Assembly (NCBI GenBank): GCA_009103225.1
Contig: RHPI01002119.1
Span: 373,912-437,911 of the forward strand
DNA length: 64,000 nucleotides
Reading direction: 5' to 3'
From: Chlorokybus atmophyticus
Taxonomy: Eukaryota; Plantae; Mesostigma and Chlorokybus algae
Shown here: piece by piece, positions 14,363 through 26,385 of the stretch
Layout: each line of letters begins with the position of its first letter
How positions within the stretch are numbered: position 1 is the stretch's first letter
The notes under the pieces: generated by a model
The model's database searches: none
What the model saw: the letters and a program-made list of their open reading frames with translations, nothing else
What the model was told of the DNA's origin: nothing
Translations under genes and position numbers: made by a program

Positions 14363-16176
14363 TCAATCATGAGACGTTCGCAACAGCTTAAGGTCATCAT
14401 CATCAGCATGTATCTGCGGTTTGGCCTCGTCCCACGGCCCGTTTATCTGGTGCTTATACTTCTGTATGCGTATAAGCCAGAAGGGGCAGACGAAAGTCAC
14501 AAACGCGATGACGACCGCGTAAAGAGTAGTCAGCAGCTGACTCAAAGGCAGCAAAAGCACAGCTGTCCCGATGGCCATTACCGAAGATATGACCAGATGC
14601 AGAGTGGGCGAGACACACTTGATGTGATGGCAAAGAATGGGGAAAAGGATGAACAGCTCCAGCGAAAAGAGTATCAACGCGAACACGTGGCGGTGAGACG
14701 GGAGTCGCGAAGCCATCAGCACCGAAGCAACAATCGCGGCATTGAGGGACACATTGCCAGTGAGGCGTGCAGTGACGGTGTTGGCGTAGCTGTAGTCATA
14801 AAGGAAGAGATGAAGCAGCAGTAAGCAGATGGTTGTGGCCCAGATGGTGTCGGAGCTGATGGTGCTGGTGAGTGTTTGGAGTATAGGTGACAACACGTAC
14901 ACCCCGCACACGAAGAGCGTGCACTGAAGGGCGTTACGTTGGAGCGCGTGCGAGGGGAGAGGCCTCTTGGTCAGAGTAAGGCGCAGGATGAAGCCAATAG
15001 TGAGGAATGCTGCATCCAGCGCGAGGAGAGACTTGGCCAGCACAGACTCCATCAGCGTGTACGTGCACATCACCGCCAGCAGCACCACCGTGCTGATCTG
15101 CTGCGACACGGCCGTGGAGTCCCTGACCTGTGCGTGCAGAGATTGTAGACTTGAAATTGGGTGAATGCACACATGCACACATGCAGCTTCGCTGTACGTG
15201 CTGCTGCTATGCATGGCAGGAAGCAATCCCTCTAAATACCCTGTTTGCGCCATGCCATGCAAAGGGCCCTTCCTAAATGAAAGCAGCTTGGCTGCTTGCT
15301 TGCTGCCAAGTTTGTTAGGGCCATGCATGTGTGTGCATGCATGCATGCAATTATCACTATCACTTAATCACGAGTTCATGGCCATGTATGCACTAACCTG
15401 CGCAATGTGGCTTTAAGTCCGTTCAGGAGGCAAACACAAGAATAAACGCATATCACCCGCGCGTAATGGTACACACTTCAGCAAGCGTGTTGCACACAAT
15501 GCATGCATGCATGTAGCCAAACCTTTGTTATTTGGAAGACGCGAACAAGAGCATAGCTCTGCTGCTTACTGAATGCATACCAACTTGCAATGCAATATCC
15601 TTCGGAAGCCCCTCTCCTTTGATTGAACACACTTATGACGCACAACACGCACTTCGCAGTCGCACAACCACCTCACACGCACTGAAATCAACCCACTTAT
15701 ACGTAGTATAGACCAACATCATGTAGCTGCGTGCCCTATCTGTATGTTCAGTAGCTCTTTGATGTATGTACTGCATTGTGTTGTTGATCAATGTATGCAC
15801 TTGGGCACCGCAATAAACGCTGCATGCTCACCACAGTCCAGTAGTCGTGGGTCCTCACGTCAGCATTAAACACCATGGAGGCAAGGAACGACTCGTCGGT
15901 GTGGTTGTCGCCATAAGGCTGCCGGGCCCACAGCACCTTGCGCCATGGCACCGCTGGGGTGGCGGTGGTGGCGCCATCGCCCGACGCCGACGCCGAGGAG
16001 GACGACGCCGCCGACGTCCCCAAGGACCTTGTCCTGATGGGCCGGAGACGCCTCGGGCTGGGACTCTCGGCGCTCGGGACGGGGGAGGACGGTAACGTGG
16101 TGTCGGCGGCGGCGGCGGTGGGGGAACCGCTGGCCGCCGCCACCCCTACCGCCGCCGCTGCCGACGCCGTTGGCAT
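14363..16176 (-). CDS. PIGC: GPI-GlcNAc transferase subunit C (PIG-C/GPI2), 2 exons
   Basis: WRKVLWARQPYGDNHTDESFL at the N-terminus, a multi-TM body with GNVSLNAAIVASVLMASRL, and C-terminal KYKHQINGPWDEAKP are PIG-C family signatures. Confidence 0.92.
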
Positions 16177-16644
16177 GAATGTGTGACCGCTACAAACGCC
16201 AAGGCATAAGCAGAAGTATAGCATGCAGTGCACAGCACACGCAGCGTGTGGCAGGCTACAATCAGACATGCACACACGCCACTTGTCACACATGATATGC
16301 ACGTTGCTAATGCAGTGCAGCCATGCAGTCCAGACTAACGCAAGCTACATACGTATGTGTGCTGTGTGTTTGTGTTCAAGGAGAAGGCTAGCTGCCTCTT
16401 TTATACCGGTCGTCAAGTGCATGAACAGCGCATTGTGTGATACACAGTGTTTGGCGCATGGGATGCATGTGGCAATGGCAGCAACGACAGGTCGTTATGC
16501 AACAATGTCAACAGTTTGATGACGACAGACATGCAGCGAAGGACTGTGTTTTGCTTGTTTAAAGCAGTGTCAACACACGTACTACTCTAAGACATGCATG
16601 GTTGATCACTTTTCAGTGTACACACCAAACTGAAACGATCACAA

Positions 16645-18892
16645 TTAATAGTCTCGCGCTCTACAGGCCACCACAAAGCCATTGCTGTAAGACGGCAGCG
16701 CATTGTCGTGCTGTCTGTGGCTGAACGGTTTGCGAAAAGGGTTCACGCATACCTGCATTATAACATCGAACCAATCAGCATCTTGCACCGACGCATAATA
16801 GCGTGTGTGCATAATGTTCTGTCAGACAGCTTACTGGTTGCGAAACCTGCAAGCCATTGGCCTCAAGTATGCGTTGCGCCATTACCGCAGCCTCCTCGCA
16901 GTAGTCAGTGACGACAAATGGAGCGGATTGTGCAGATATGACTTTCTAAACAAGTAACGAGTTGATTAGGCCATGATAAGCCGCAGGATCGCGGTACAGT
17001 TGGTAGATATGGTTGCATATCGCACCAGTGCTGGGAGCCAGCTAGTGTACGCAGGGATCCCGGCATTGCACGCGATGATCAAATCTGCACGCGTCTGCGG
17101 TCACGACAGTCAACCGCGATCATCAGCGTCAGTGATGCAACTCATACATCCTGCTGACTTGCAGCTATGTGTGTGTATGGATGTGTGTGTATGGATGTGC
17201 AACAGGATCCAAGGATGGCAATTGGAAATCGTTGGCACAAACCTGTTGAAGCTGTGGCTGGCTGACAGCGTTTTGGTACAGTCCGTGGTGGACAGTGATG
17301 AGAAGGCAACCGCTAATATTGTCATCGCTGTTACCGACACTTAACACTGTAACACCATTCCTGTAAACCATCGGTTGGTAAGCTTGCAAGCTCTCAACAA
17401 GCATGTATGAAAAGTGCTTACTTCTGTGCCGGTACAGATGGCCCGATCATGTGGATGTGTAGCTTCAGTGCAGGCAGCATGTAGTGCAGATCGGAAAATA
17501 CAGCCCACTGGTCAAGCTCCCGCTCAGGCCCTGCAAGTAGTTACTCAAATCAGTGCAATAAGCTCATGATGAACGCATGCAGGAACGCATGCAATGCATC
17601 ATACCCAAGTAGTGCACGACACAATCCCTGCGTGCGCGAGCAAGATGCACGTCCAAGGCATGGTACACTGTCAATGGCTGACCTGCCAAAAGGAAAACAA
17701 CTGTTGGTACAGAAGGAGTGGTTGGCGTGCAATGTGTTGTCACATGCAAACACATCACCAACTGCAGTCAGAGTAGCGGCAAATGTCCTTACACATGACA
17801 TGAGTAACGGTATGGCGGAGTTGAGTTGCAAGCCACGCCACGCACAGTAGTCCTGCCAGCTGCTGATTGAAGTAGCTGCTTTGCACTCACCAGGACTGGT
17901 GCATTCTGTCCACAGTTGCACGAAGCGCAGTGTTTGTTTGGGTTTGACGAGGGTTACATTGCTGTGGTGTGCCAATGACAGCAACTATACCTGGCAGCTT
18001 TGACCAAGGCTCTTCCTCATCCATATCTGCAAAGCACGAACAGCAACACAGGCTTAGAAGCAAGTTGCACGTTATTTGCTAGTATGCGAGCAACAACAAC
18101 GTGCGCAGCGATTGGTTTTGTGGCTATGCACAGCTGGTTTGATCTGCTGTGCTTACCGAGCGTGCCATACGGCATCCATGCGGGTCCATGACACACACAC
18201 TCCCTGCGCCACAAGCCCTTGCCATGGAGCTCACGACGTGATAGAAGAGCACACATGTCTGTCCGCCCCTCATCTACCTGACAAGGACCAATAGAACAGC
18301 TGGAGTCTTGGACTCTGGTAGCTTGTGCTGTCATGCACCATGCCTATACCTCGGTTGTAACTTCAGCTGTGTACGTGAAGGGGAAAGCCCTCAACTCTTC
18401 TGTGCGCAACAGCTGTTGTGCCATCCGTGAGCACTGCGCTTCATCGTGTTCAAGTTGAGCGTGGAGCTTCTGTTGCAAACAACAGCAAGGCATCAAAGCA
18501 GCACAAGCACAGAAATGAAATTATCAGCTTTGGTCACGCTTTGCATGGCAAGCACGAGCAAAGTGACGAATGGAATACAGTTACAGTCAAAGAGAGTCAT
18601 TCATGGGTTCAGTAAGTTGCAAGTTGGTCTTGTTCGTAGCTGCTATGCGGCTATGCATATCGAGGCGCCAGATGTGTGGTCATGCAAAGTGAGGTATGCA
18701 ACAAACCTGATGCTCGGTGCAGCAGTAGCAGAACGCCTCGCAGCCTTTGCACTTGAGCAACGGCTGGTCGCCGCAAGACTTACCGCAAACCTGGCACTCC
18801 CACATCACATTGTCATGCATGCCCCTTCCTCCTCCACACCCAAGCACCTCCACCTCCTCCTTCTTCTCCGCCGCTGTCGCCACGGCGGGCAT
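16645..18892 (-). CDS. MYND zinc-finger / MSS51-like (ZMYND15-like) protein, multi-exon
   Basis: CQVCGKSCGDQPLLKCKGCEAFCYCCTEHQ (MYND), LRAFPFTY, SWQDYCAWRGL, PLTVYHAL...HYLG|PERELDQ...HIHMIGP, DLIIACNAGIPAYTSWLP, VTDYCEEAA and VNPFRKP...LPSYSNGF, ending at TAA 16645-16647. Confidence 0.85.
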
Positions 18893-19234
18893 GTCAACAG
18901 GAGCAGCGGATGGTCAAGCAAGTTGCGCTCAGTGCAGGCATGCGCACTGCGGCCTGCCGGAGAGCCGCACAGCCGGGCGACGAAAGCAATGCATGAAGTT
19001 GTGCTTTCCCGCCAATGCACGCGACTGCGGCGGCGGCGGCGGAGGAGGAGGAGCAGGAGGAGGGGGAGGATTTGGGTGACAAGGAGTCGTATGGGCGTTG
19101 AGTCAGAGAGTATGGGTTTGAGGAAGCGGCGGAGTAGGAGTAGCTCTTTGTCTATGACCGCTGGATCAGGCTGATGTGCCCGCCACCAACCTGGCAATCC
19201 TTGAGGTGGAAGCTGACGCCTGCTGCTCGCCGCA

Positions 19235-21533
19235 ATGGGCACTCTGCGGCCACTACTCCTGGCTATTCAGGTAGGTGGGCCCGGCATGATATGATGACCG
19301 GCCGGACGGAAGCTTTGCAGTAACTTGCACATGTGCTGAGGTAGTGGCTCGTTGGAACAGCTGATTTGAGTAGATTGGCGACTCTAGCATGCAGTTATAA
19401 ATTACAAGGACAGCTGCCTGATTTTGGTAGCAACGTCTACATGCCCGTCTATGCCAGCACCACGCGCGCATTTTTGCATACATACGCCCAAAGAAGTCTG
19501 ACACGCAGTGATAGCGCTTTTCAGTATCTGCAGAAAGCTTGTCAAGCCGTCAAAGCTCATTCTATGTGCATGCACAGCTGGTGATGTTCTGTCAATAAAG
19601 GTATCTCCTCCTTAGTACTTTGGGGTCGTTTAGTCACGTGCATTACACATGCGCACATGCTTTACTGTTTGCTGCAGAGAAGACACATGCGGACTTTCTC
19701 ACAGCTTGCACCAACAGCAATGCAAGCTGAGATTACATCATGAGACTTTATCCGTCACTCATAGTAGGTTTGCGGTCCCAAGGATGCTTTTCCTGTCGCA
19801 CAGCCAATGGTCAACCTGCCTTGCTTACTGAGCAACAGAAGTGTGCAGCTTCAGGGTATTGTCATCATGGTGGTGCTGACGCTTGGTTGGCTATACGCGG
19901 CACGCAAGAGAAGAAACCAAGTTGCACTCATTCAGCCTAACAACAGGCACCGACAGTCTGCTGCCTGTCGTTTGGCTTCCTCTCAAGCCTCGGTATGCCA
20001 TTATCGCACGTGCAGTTGCCTTTCCATTTTGTGTCAGAATTTTGCAGTAGTAACACCTTTTCATGATGACAGTCATCCTGCAGCAATTGCTCAATATTGC
20101 GGTGGTGGGTACAAGCTTGTACAAACAATGTGTTGATTTGCAAACCGCAGGCAGCTTCTTGTTCCCCATTTGAACAGCTTACGACTCGTTGCAGGTGACC
20201 GTTGTGCTGCCTGTTAAAGGAGTGCGACGGAACTGTTTGTCCAACTGGAGCACACAGCTGTCATCCCGTTACAGCGGTGCATTGCAGTTCATTTTCGTTA
20301 CAGAAAGCACTCAAGATGAGGCACACGCCGCCGTGTTGAGCTTGATAAGTTCATTACCAGCACAAAACAGCAGCTTTGCGCGCCCGCGAGTACAACTTGT
20401 GGTTGCCGGCCATGCCACAACATGCAGCCAGAAAATACACAACATGTTGGCGGGAGTGCGTGCCTCAGAGCAGCACAGCTCTGACTACACTCTCTTCTTG
20501 GATGATGACATCCGACTTCATCCCGACACCGTCCATGTCCTTGTCAATGCATTGCAGAAGGACATTGATGCATTCATAGCCACAGGCTTCCCTTTTGACA
20601 TCCCGGGCAACACATTTGCAAGCTATTGCATTATGGCATACCACTTGCCCTTAGTCGTAGGTACAACCACCAACGTTTGTGTCACCAAACAGGTGCACTG
20701 CACGCCATATGGCAGTGACTAAACTGTAGCCATGTCTGCAGGTTTCTCAACTGATGGGCGCACTCCATTTGTGTGGGGTGGCTGCATGTTGTTGCGCACA
20801 TCAGACCTGCTGGAAGACCGGCATGGCTGCGTTAGCGCCTTGCGTGACGGTGGGTACTCAGATGATCTCACGCTAGCTGCAGTGGCCAGCGCGCACTCCC
20901 GCAGTGTAGTGTGTCCCGCGCAGGCCCTATTCCCACAACAGCTGGAGTCTGGCAGCACAATGCATGGGTAAGCAACTCTCGTTGGTAGCAGGGATAGTGC
21001 AAGGGTTCTTGCTGTGCATCAGCACCAATAGATGTGTGTTGCACAGGTACTGGAATTATCTGCGAAGGCAGCTGGTTGTGATGGACACATACAGCAGCGC
21101 ACACAACCGGCACGTGAATCACGCTCTGCTGGCGTCGCATTGCTACCTGTCGTGGGCGCTGGTGCTGGCCATCCTGCTTTCGTGTTACGTGTTATGCGCA
21201 CACATTGTTCTTTCGCCATTGCGAAAGGCAGGCGTTGCGTCACAGGCAGAGGTGTCGGCAAGCTGCATGCTGTTTTTGAGTACATATGGCGCAGCCTGTA
21301 TGCTGCGATACATGCAGGCCATGATGGCGGAGCTATGCGCGGCATTGTCATCACGGAAGCCTATTGATGTTCAGAGTTATAGCATGCGCAAGATGCTGCT
21401 GGGACTGCTGGTGCACAATCTGGTATTGCCATTATGCGGGGTGTACACGGCCTTGACATCCCATGTGGAGTGGTCTGGTGTGGTGTACACGCGCAAGCTT
21501 GGTAAAGTTTGTAGCATATGTAGAAAGGAGTAG
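19235..21533 (+). CDS. GCS: Glucosylceramide synthase (plant-type GT21 ceramide glucosyltransferase), multi-exon; start codon tentative
   Basis: N-terminal TM (VQLQGIVIMVVLTLGWLYA), VTVVLPVKG, CSQKIHNM, YTLFLDDDIRLHP (DxD), VWGGCMLL, GGYSDDLTLAA, YWNYLRRQ ((Q/R)xxRW-like region) and C-terminal TM helices. Confidence 0.88.
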
Positions 21534-21897
21534 CTGACAGACTCAATATGCTTGGCTAACAGAGGTCTAGAAGCTGGAAATTGCCAGGTAAGTCTTGATG
21601 TGTGCTCAATGAATTCGTACATGGCGTCACTTTTGCTTGCCAGAGATTCAATTGGCAGTACAAAATCTACGAGTTTGTGTCTGGAGTTGTTGAGCACAGC
21701 AACACCCCTTCCGCCTAAGACTTGTACCTGCGTTGGATCATATTACTGATTGGATTGCAAGCTGAATGCCGCAGTGACAGAATTGTGTGTTACAAATCTA
21801 CAATAAGTATATGCTAGAATTCTACCTAAACTACCATCATCTTAGCAGTTCGCTAGATAAGCGATATGAGAATAGATAACAAAATTAAAAGCCAGAA

Positions 21898-21943
21898 GGC
21901 ATTGACATACCGGCATTGACATACCGGCATTGACATACCGGCA
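21898..21943. repeat. 14-bp tandem repeat (GGCATTGACATACC) x3 plus a partial copy
   Basis: Directly visible: ggcattgacatacc ggcattgacatacc ggcattgacatacc ggca, in the convergent GCS/eIF3i intergenic region. Confidence 0.9.
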
Positions 21944-22483
21944 CATGTACGCGGGCACAGCATACATGTGCTGATATGCCACTGTGGTTGTCGCACCATG
22001 CCTAGTAGATAAATGCACGCGGGCACAGCAGCATACCCCTTTTACAATATGACTGAAGCAGTGCAAAATCATCTGCTGGATCTCACACAACGTCGAGTGA
22101 GTATAGACACGCAGACGATCGGGCACTCCATCAATGACAATGGGCGTAATAAGCCATCAGCAAAGCACAGTCGCAAGAATTAGGATCAGTTCCTGGCCCT
22201 TTTTACCGCCCCTCCCTAGCTGTCGCTTGCTGAACTGCTTGCTACAGTCAAATGCATCTACTCGTGATGTTGTTTGCTGTTGTTTGGTGCAGCTGTAGAA
22301 GGACTTGGCCAGCTCCAGGTTCAAAGTCTCCCAAAGCATGTGTGCTGCGCCAACATCTTGTCATTTGCACAGTACTGGGTACAAACCAACATGCAGCTCA
22401 TAACATCCACAACGGATGGCCAGGCAGCTGAAGAAGAAAGCTTTGCAAGCCGACCCTTTCAGCTCAGCCCCATCCCAACAAAG

Positions 22484-24412
22484 CTAGAACTTCATGGTGA
22501 AGTAGTCGGCGTCAAAGTGATGAATGCGCATGTAACCGTCCTCTCCGCCAGAGGCAAACCTGAAAAACAACAAATCAGACACTGGGCAACTAAGCAAGAG
22601 AGTGAAACTTCAGCGGGTAGCAACAACACTGGAGATGGCTGCTTACCCTCTGCCGTCAGGAGAGAAAGCAACCGTGTTCAGGGGTCCAAAGTGACCCTTA
22701 ACACCACCGAATTCTTCCTCAAAGATCTGTCGAAAGGCAAGAACAGTCAACCAACATCATCAGGCCACATAACAACTCAAGCGCAATCTCGACACGTACC
22801 TTGTGGAAGAACTTGGCCTCGAACTTGCCAGCACGCGAGGATGTTGTTGTGACTTGCGACGCTTCTTGGCCACCACCAAGGACAACCTGAAGACAATAAC
22901 ACACGCGCAAGTAAGTGACAACTGTGTGCCGACCAACAACTGTGTGCGAATGCAAATCTGCTCTTCAATCAAGGATCAAATTACTTACATGATCACGAAT
23001 AGGTGAAATGGCAGCAGAGTTACACGGACGATCCGTCACGTAGGTCTTGAGCACATCAAGTGTCCTGAAGTCCCACAACTGCACACGCAACGATGAGTAA
23101 CCGATATTGATGGCTCAACTGCTGCATGCATGTGTACAGCTCGGCCCAATAAGCATACCTTAGCGGTTTTGTCTTGCGAGGCAGAGATGAACTGCGTGCC
23201 ATCCTGTGAAGGCGTGATATTGCTGACAGACTTTGTGTGGTCGTTCCGTACTAGCAGCTCCTTGCCAGTCTGACGCGCAGAAGAGAGGGTTGAGTTCACT
23301 ATCAACTGCAACGACACAGGCAATAAGACAATGCGCATACGCGCATACCTGTGCATCCCACATACGCACGGTGCTGTCCTCTCCAGCACTAACTATAGTC
23401 TTATTCAACGGACCCCACAGCGCTCTGTTCACCCTCGTGACGTGTCCCGACATTGACAAAACTGGAGCGTTCTCTGCGACAAAACGTGATAGTAAGCAGC
23501 AGCAAACACAAGCTTGGCAACATGACATATATGCTACATGCAGCTCAGGTCAGTTAGCGCGCACACAAGCATACAAGCATGGTGGTTATCACTTACTGAC
23601 AAAGCTGTCATTTTCTATCCTGAAGATGTGAATTGCAGACTGCGTGCCCATAAAGGGATCTGCGGTGATGACAACCTCCTTTCCGCCAACGGAGAACTCG
23701 ACTGATCTTAGTGGCGTATCCATCGTTATGCGCGCGAGCTCCGTGCCTGTCTCTGTGTCCCACAACCTCGCTGTCATGTCCGCGGAGCCCGTTATCAGCC
23801 TGCTGCTATCCCCTGTGAAGAGGGAACAAGAACTCAGTTCATCCTTTGTTGTGCTCAAAAAATCTGATTTAATGTCTCGCCCAAGTTGACATGCATGCAA
23901 AGAAAAAGTGTTAAACTGGAGAGACGAAGGTAGTGAGCTGTCAACACCACAAATCTCTCTGACACCCCTCCTTCTCCATCTATGTGCCATGAGCAAACCC
24001 TAATTTCTCGCATGCACGGCCCAAGATATGTACATGACAAACAAACTACTACTGGAACAAAAGTAAGTCGCAACAGTGCTTGCTATGCACATAATTAATT
24101 GCACTCCAACAAAAGGTAAGCGCTCCGCAAAGCGCTCAAATACCAGGACAAGAAATTTCGCTACTGTGAGAAGCCAACTGAGAAGCTCAGTGTATGGTAA
24201 GTGTGCTCTGCTGCAGCTGTTTGCTTACTTGTAAGGTCGCAGCACCAGACGGCTCCGTTGTGTCCCTTGTACGTGCCGATGCGCTCTCCAGTGTCGGAGT
24301 ACCATGCTGTGGGGTTGTGATCCTTGGCGCAGCTGAAGACCAGATCCCCTTCCCTGTTGTACTTGACAAACGTCAGGGGCCGCTCATGCCCCTTGCATAG
24401 AATCGGCCTCAT
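22484..24412 (-). CDS. EIF3I: Translation initiation factor 3 subunit I (WD40; TIF34/TRIP-1), multi-exon
   Basis: [32 protein letters not shown]...[82 protein letters not shown] and [24 protein letters not shown]. Confidence 0.97.
23995..24003 (+). promoter_or_regulatory. Telo-box AAACCCTAA
   Basis: Exact 9-mer in the first intron of eIF3i. Confidence 0.5.
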
Positions 24413-24590
24413 GCTGGCTGTGTCTCTGCCGCTGTGCTTCAAGCAAGACAATCACCAAATCGCAAACAACTCCTTCTCCTACGATCAAGAGCACCGTTCA
24501 GATGTTGCTGTCGCCGCCGCGCAGGTCACCAACGCCGCTACCGCCACCAACGCCACCGTCCAGCACCTCAACACTCCCGCCGCCTCCAGT

Positions 24591-24599
24591 TTAGGGTTT
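24591..24599 (-). promoter_or_regulatory. Telo-box (TTAGGGTTT on + strand)
   Basis: Exact 9-mer ~180 bp upstream of the eIF3i ATG, between eIF3i and tRNA-Ser. Confidence 0.55.
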
Positions 24600-24660
24600 G
24601 CATGCAGTGACGGCAAATCAAAGTATATGTTACCTACAATTTGCGCATTATCAGCGTCCT

Positions 24661-24742
24661 GCAGTCGTGTCCGAGTGGTTAAGGAGATTGACTAGAAATC
24701 AATTGGGATCTTCCCGCGCAGGTTCGAGTCCTGCCGACTGCG
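24661..24742 (+). tRNA. trnS-AGA: tRNA-Ser, anticodon AGA
   Basis: Acceptor stem GCAGTCG/CGACTGC with discriminator G, D-arm TCCGAGTGGTTAAGGA, anticodon arm ATTGA-CTAGAAA-TCAAT, long variable arm, T-arm GCAGG-TTCGAGT-CCTGC. TTTT lies ~20 nt downstream. Confidence 0.97.
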
Positions 24743-24823
24743 CTTACGATTGCAGACAATTCTTTTGCTCTCTGGAATGTCCTAGACCAAATGTGCTAAC
24801 TTAAAAATGCACATGCAAGCTTT

Positions 24824-25130
24824 GGCCGTCACCTCTGCGGCGGGTTGGCGGCGCCAGCTTGGCGCAGCCTACCCATGCATGCAAAAGTGACAACTTCTAT
24901 TACATAGGCATTCCAATATGACAGATGCAGCAATGCACTCAGACAAGCAAGCTTAAAGCACAGCAATCTGTTACCACCAGCGAGGGCCGGTCACCTCTGC
25001 GGCGGGTTGGCGGCATGCATGCAAAAGTGACAACTTCTATTGCATAGGCATTCCAATATGACAGATGCAGCAATGCACTTAGACAAGCAAGCTTAAAGCA
25101 CAGCAATCTGTTACCACTAGCGGGGGCCGG
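24824..25130. repeat. Direct tandem duplication, period 162 bp (second copy lacks ~22 bp)
   Basis: gtcacctctgcggcgggttggcggc...atgcaaaagtgacaacttctatt...gcagcaatgcact...cagcaatctgttaccac...gggccg begins at 24828 and again at 24990, with only a few substitutions. Confidence 0.9.
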
Positions 25131-25181
25131 AATAAGATAGGCTGCGTGCAATCAAGTGCAATACGGATGGGGAAGGAGGTG

Positions 25182-25445
25182 GGTAGAGCCACACACATGG
25201 GTGCCATCTGGCTATTGTGAGTTCAGGTGTTTAACAGGTTCAGAAGTGTGCGTATGCATGCATGCATGGTAGAGCCACACACATGGGTGCCATCTGGCTA
25301 TTGTGAGTTCAGATGTTTAACAAGTTCAGAAATGTGCGAATGCGTCTACATGCATGCATGCATGGTAGAGCCGCATGCATGCCATCTGGCTGTTGTGAGT
25401 TCAGATGTCTAATAGGTTCAGAAGTGTGCGAATGCATGCATGCAG
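25182..25445. repeat. Three imperfect tandem copies of an ~85-95 bp unit
   Basis: ggtagagcc...gccatctggct.ttgtgagttcag.tgt.taa.a.gttcagaa.tgtgcg.atgc starts at 25182, 25268 and 25364. Confidence 0.88.
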
Positions 25446-26174
25446 ACGCGTTTTTTTGCAGTGTCTAGCATGTTGCACTCGAATATCACTAATAAAAAGC
25501 CTCCAAAGTGAACACTATGCAACAGTGACAGCTGCAACGTTTTGCAAGCAGTAAAGCTGTTCGGCGGTGATGACACATCCACATTATATAGAGTCAGGGA
25601 AAACTCATACATATATTTATATGCGGACGCGCGTTCTTATATGTTCTTATATAGGTAGACATCGTTGCAACCCGCTAGTACATCTGTAGTATATGGAATT
25701 TGTAGCGCACACATAGGCGTATACACATGTCTGCATAACTTGACCATGAGGCACTTATCTGTGTGGACACGTGACATGCATGTGCGCACATGTCACATGG
25801 TCACCATGTGACATCGCTGCACATGTGACAAGTGCATTAATATGAGTGTGCAGCCCCAGACACCAACCCTTTCTAAGTTAGCATGCATGCACACCATGTA
25901 TATTGTTGTGTACAAAAGATGGAGTGCTGATAAGACCGCATGCAAGGGGTCAAAAGCATGAGACATGCATGTAGTCATGCACACGCCGCAAGCAAACAGT
26001 CAGCAGCAGTCACAGTGCTATGTCACCACCGGGCTGTATGATAAGCACAATGATGACGTTTGCTCCACTTTACGACACAAAAATGCTTGCTCCTTATATA
26101 AACACCCAGCTTTCATAATGACACGATTTGATGAGACCTCAAGCAACTGGTTGTAGCCTATAAAAGACATGATT

Positions 26175-26385
26175 TTAACGGGACAGATAGCGGCGCTCAG
26201 CAACAGCGTCGTTCGGGAGACCTTAAAGCTTGATGGCTTGATCAAGCAAAACTGCAATACACAGCGACCCGACACCGGTCAAGTCCGATATCGGATCGCT
26301 GTGGTTGCAATTGCTTGATCAAGCCGTCAAGCTGCAAGGTCATTCGAACGACACTGATGCTGACCGCCGTGCTTTGTCCCGTCAA
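26175..26385. ncRNA. Long imperfect hairpin, candidate pre-miRNA or hairpin-RNA locus
   Basis: Arms of ~100 nt each with a 6-nt loop (26279-26284). Core agcttgatggcttgatcaagcaa (26227-26249) pairs with ttgcttgatcaagccgtcaagct (26311-26333) with a single G:U. The hairpin is certain from sequence; its function is inferred. Confidence 0.55.

Noticed and set aside
14363-21533. PIG-C and glucosylceramide synthase close together as a lipid-glycosylation cluster
   Set aside because: Separated by an unrelated MYND gene, they belong to different pathways, and the neighbourhood is mixed housekeeping genes. Coincidence is sufficient.
25182-25445. Three ~90-bp repeats as a possible CRISPR array
   Set aside because: The units are similar along their whole length with no unique spacers, the context is eukaryotic, and there are no cas genes.
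25790-25814. 11-bp hairpin atgtcacatgg-tca-ccatgtgacat
   Set aside because: Built from CACATG/CATGTG words that are abundant in this genome's non-coding DNA, so short palindromes are expected.
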